A stretch of 63,062 nt of DNA, filler included, from Globobulimina sp. (lineage: Eukaryota): assembly GCA_003354225.1 (NCBI GenBank). It is 52 parts of 52 records of this genome, joined end to end, with 100 filler letters (N's around TTAATTAATTAA, not from the genome) between each part and the next. Parts side by side here need not be neighbours in the genome. Positions count along the whole stretch, not along the records: positions 59,521 to 60,634 come from PIVH01023151.1; positions 60,735 to 61,848 come from PIVH01023152.1; positions 61,949 to 63,062 come from PIVH01023153.1; 49 more parts are not named here. The stretch is one strand, 5' to 3'. A program made the translations under genes and the position numbers. Under the pieces are notes generated by a model. It worked only from the letters and a program-made list of their open reading frames with translations, was not told where the DNA came from and did not search any database. This document shows positions 59,522 through 63,062 of the stretch, one piece after another. Position 1 is the stretch's first letter; the number at the start of each line of letters is the position of its first letter.

Positions 59522-60634
59522 CTTGACGAAAGACTAAATTTTGACGCCCATTTTGATAAAATCCGAGCTAAATCCATGCGTAGTTACTGGCGTTTGTACT
59601 TTACAATGAAATCCGGTATCAAATTGTCCCCACTGTCGATTGCAATTCTGTATAAATCCTTGGCCCGTTCTAGAATTGAATATGGATTATGCCACTATTT
59701 CCCTTTTGATACAAACAATCTTTTAAATGTCCTCCAAAATAAATTCCTCCGACTTGCGATCCCCTGCCGGCTGGACTCACCAATGGACATTATCCAATTC
59801 CTCCTAAAAATTGAACCAATTGAGCATAGAGCCCATTATCTAACAATGCGCCAATTGGCGAGAGCTTACTATAACAATCGATACCATCCATTAAACAAAA
59901 CTCTCCATTCCCTAAATAGATATAAACAAACCATACAGTCCCATCATTACAGAAAATCCAATAAAAATAAAACAAATAAGTTTACAAATTTAAATAAAAA
60001 TCCATTAATGATTGCAGCCAAATATTGTAAAAATAATAATGAAATAAAAGCGCTTACACAGAAATTCAATAAAATGAATAAAATCCAAGTGACAGCCTCT
60101 CCTGCATATAACCTAAAATCTATCCCATCGAACTTTGATGTCAATCTATCGCCGGCTGAGCCAACAACACCCTCCGATCCAACAATTACCATATCTTTTA
60201 CCGATGGATCATGTGACCCCAATCCAGGGAAAGGAGGCGCAGCAATTTATATTCCAACCATCGCATAGATCCCCTTTCAAACAAGTTTATTATTTTAAAA
60301 TCCCAGTAACAATTACAACCGCCGAAATTGAAGCCGTCCATATGATCCTAAATTATATATTAAATAATCCAAATAAATTATGCCGACATTTTGCCGCTCC
60401 TCCAATTTATTAATGGACAAAATTACCCGAAATATAATGATACAAAAATTCTAATTGAAAATATTTATATAAAACTTATGCAAATCCAGCAATATCAACC
60501 AAACCTCGTAATATCTTTTATAAAAATAAAATCCCACAATAAATTTAATGATGAAGTTGATAGAATGGCCAACTTTGCAGCAAAAGATGCAATGTATGAC
60601 CGAGCTCTATACAACCAAATCTCTTATAATGCCA
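59522..60634 (+). mobile_element. Degenerate non-LTR retrotransposon: RT thumb plus RNase H
   Basis: LDERLNFDAH, LYKSLARSRIEYG, LQNKFLRL, FTDGSC..GKGGAA, AEIEAV, IKSH..NDEVDRMA; stop at 60266-60268 and frame changes. Confidence 0.85.
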
Positions 60635-61328
60635 NNNNNNNNNNNNNNNNNNNNNNNNNNNNNNNNNNNNNNNNNNNNTTAATTAATTAANNNNNNNNNN
60701 NNNNNNNNNNNNNNNNNNNNNNNNNNNNNNNNNNGTGATCGACATTTGCTAAAGCTTAAGGTTTTTGGGATTATGTTAGATGTTTTCAGACCGGATGACA
60801 ATACAAACACTTTGGTTCATGTTCACAGTCTGGCTCTGGGATGCTACTCAGGTGATTTTTAATCATCTTTTTGTGACATTTGATTTCTAGACAAGTTTTT
60901 GCTTTGTAGTTCGTCCGTTATATGATCTTTACTTTTACACAAAGATCTCCAACAAATGTTTTTTACACAAACGTTTCCATCTGTTTCTAGTTTTTATCCA
61001 GTTCACAATTAATCTTTATATACAAATGCCGTCTAAAATGAAAATATTTGTTGTCATAATGCTTGCTTTGTACTTCTCGTTTTTTGCAATAATGTATACA
61101 TTTCGATGGGATTCATATGGTTGGCCAGTTTGAGATTAATACCACGTCTTTAATTACAAGTTCATATCGGATTATTGCCATTTTTATATGGAAGCAAACC
61201 TATAAATTGACAAAAAAAATGGATTCATGATTATTATAATTACTCCGAAAATTAATATTTTTATAATGTTCTGATTCTTTAACACCAATTAAATCAACTA
61301 AAAAACTGTGAAGTGGGTAAAACGCATC

Positions 61329-61848
61329 ATGGCAGCTCGAAACTATGAGTTAGATTTTAGGAAATGTAAAAAAGTGCCACTGGAGGTAAGGGATACAGTA
61401 TTTGGATTTGTACGACAGTTTGAAAAGGAATTGGCAATAAAACAGACAGTGTCAGATCTTATTCATCATATATGTCTATTGTATTATTATGAGAATGATG
61501 AATGGGACACAAATAATTTACAAACTGCTGGATATGCAATTAATCAAAATGTAATCACAAAAACAGGTGAAGATTATGAGTGGAGAACTGTCTTTTTATC
61601 AAAGATTGTAGCTAATGGTAAATATGAATGGTCCTTTAAAATTAAAAAATATACTGGCAATAATGCGGTTATGTTTGGTATTTGGGACAATAGCTATGAT
61701 CCTAAAGCAATATTGAATAAACATTTGAGTGCCATAGGAAACAGAGCATATGCATTTTATTCTTCTCGCACGTATGCAAAATTACGGCAACATGAACAAG
61801 ATGGAGTTGGTCCAAATTATGGCATCTCCCTCGTCGAAGGCGATATTA
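61329..61848 (+). CDS. SPRY/B30.2-like domain protein (family member 3), 3' truncated
   Basis: RDTVFGFVR...ICLLYYY, YEWSFKI, FGIW, EGDI; the shared 113-bp element is absent from the 594 bp upstream. Confidence 0.75.
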
Positions 61849-61950
61849 NNNNNNNNNNNNNNNNNNNNNNNNNNNNNNNNNNNNNNNNNNNNTTAATTAA
61901 TTAANNNNNNNNNNNNNNNNNNNNNNNNNNNNNNNNNNNNNNNNNNNNAT

Positions 61951-63061
61951 TTCAGTCTGTTAGATGTTATATTGTCTCTTGTTAGAAGATTGGAATGGAA
62001 TTTATATTGGAGGTCCTAATGATGCCAATGGTAATAAAATCATAAATAATATAATTACAAATTCCGTTGGAAATACTGAAGGTATGCCAAGAGAAAAAGA
62101 TGGAAGGCTTGCTGAAACTAACATTGCAGGTATTAGAGTAGAAGAAGATGTACATAATGTAGAAGTATTTAACAACACCGTTGTTAATACTGATGTGGGA
62201 ATTACATTACACAATTCGTCCTATAATGAAATTGCAGGTAATACCGTTTATGGATCAAGGAAGACTGCTTTGTATTTAAATCATAATAAGGTTCCTGATC
62301 ATTTGGGAAATGTTATTGGCAATGAGAACGGTGAAAACATATTTTTTTCATTCAGTTATGAAAATGCTTCCATTCGTGAAATTAGTACAATAACTATCGG
62401 TGAGGGTGAGGATGTAAATGGAGAAGACCTGAATACTTTTGCCGATTACAATTTCAATTACTATGCACATCCTTATTTTAAAAATACTTTTCTTAGAGAG
62501 TATTTGGATAAAAATAAAGCGCCAAACATAGATACATTAGTAAGAGAAATATATAGTTTGTCTGAATGGCAGGCTAAGGGAAAAAATCCAGAAGATGACA
62601 TTGATTCTAGAATATTAGATTCAATATATTATAAAAACTACTATACCGTTACTAATACTCTTCCAGGAGATTTTATAACAGATGGAGCTATTGATTATAT
62701 TGAACCTGCAGATTACTGGAAGTTAGCTAACTGCTCCGTTGGTAGTAGCATAACAGTGGATTCATGTGGTGTAGGGAATAATTGTCTTAGAATAGAACCA
62801 GTAATTAATGAAAGCTCTATCTATGGGGGAAGCTTAGAATATTATAAGCCAAAAATTTCTGTGGTAATAGACCGAATGTATTTAATAAAATTCGATATTA
62901 AATCCATAGAAAAAAATGTTTTAAGAGTTGATGTTTATGAAACTTTGCCCCCTAATTGGGCAAATCTTGGTATAAAAAGGTTTATTGAAATTGGAGGAGG
63001 TGATACTAAAAGCTATGAATTGATATTCAGAGCAACAAAAAATTCATCTGATGCCAGATTA
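61951..63061 (+). CDS. Right-handed beta-helix protein with a CBM4/9-like domain, internal fragment; probably bacterial
   Basis: Frame open across the whole contig (missed by the ORF track): GIYIG, NNIITNSVG, NNTVVN, GITLHNS, GNTVYG, NYYAHP, SLSEWQ, then YLIKFDIKS...YELIFRAT. Confidence 0.7.
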
Positions 63062-63062
63062 G

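Noticed and set aside
1117-61948. Regularly spaced TTAATTAATTAA as a biological repeat or array
   Set aside because: Always inside 44+44 N, stops all six frames, and separates length-sorted contigs: a concatenation linker. ORF ends reading ...LIN are artefacts of it.
45-62214. Many 60-140 aa ORFs in the track
   Set aside because: They are antisense or off-frame shadows of better supported genes, or run into N spacers, and show no motifs.

Overview
This window is not one locus. It is 52 unrelated contigs of about 1.1 kb (1116 bp, then 1115 bp, then 1114 bp, so sorted by length), joined by an artificial 100-bp spacer (44 N + TTAATTAATTAA + 44 N). Nothing can be inferred across spacers. Most contigs are AT-rich eukaryotic genomic DNA with short GT-AG introns. 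The gene families seen (SPRY-like, ART-like, beta-helix, RCC1, ankyrin, PP1-like, PIH1, DUS2, NIPA, USP, haem peroxidase, lipase 3) point to a protist, by my impression a foraminiferan or other rhizarian; this is inference. There are fragments of Ty3/gypsy, DIRS-like and non-LTR retroelements, and several candidate DNA-transposon ends. Two contigs look wholly bacterial, and at least three join bacterial genes (MntA-HepT, DppB, one hypothetical) to eukaryotic DNA, as expected from amplification chimeras in a single-cell assembly. The strongest unexplained signal is a 113/114-bp element, identical but for one base, that ends at the same nucleotide and in the same orientation at the 5' end of two very divergent intronless SPRY-like genes; one of these genes is also flanked by a 14-bp direct repeat. 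Also notable: a 409-bp segment bounded by CACAGTG...CACTGTG with a candidate 5-bp target duplication, a 140-bp foldback ending in a tRNA 3' half, and several intact enzyme paralogues that have lost catalytic residues. All protein calls come from motif recognition by eye; no searches were run.
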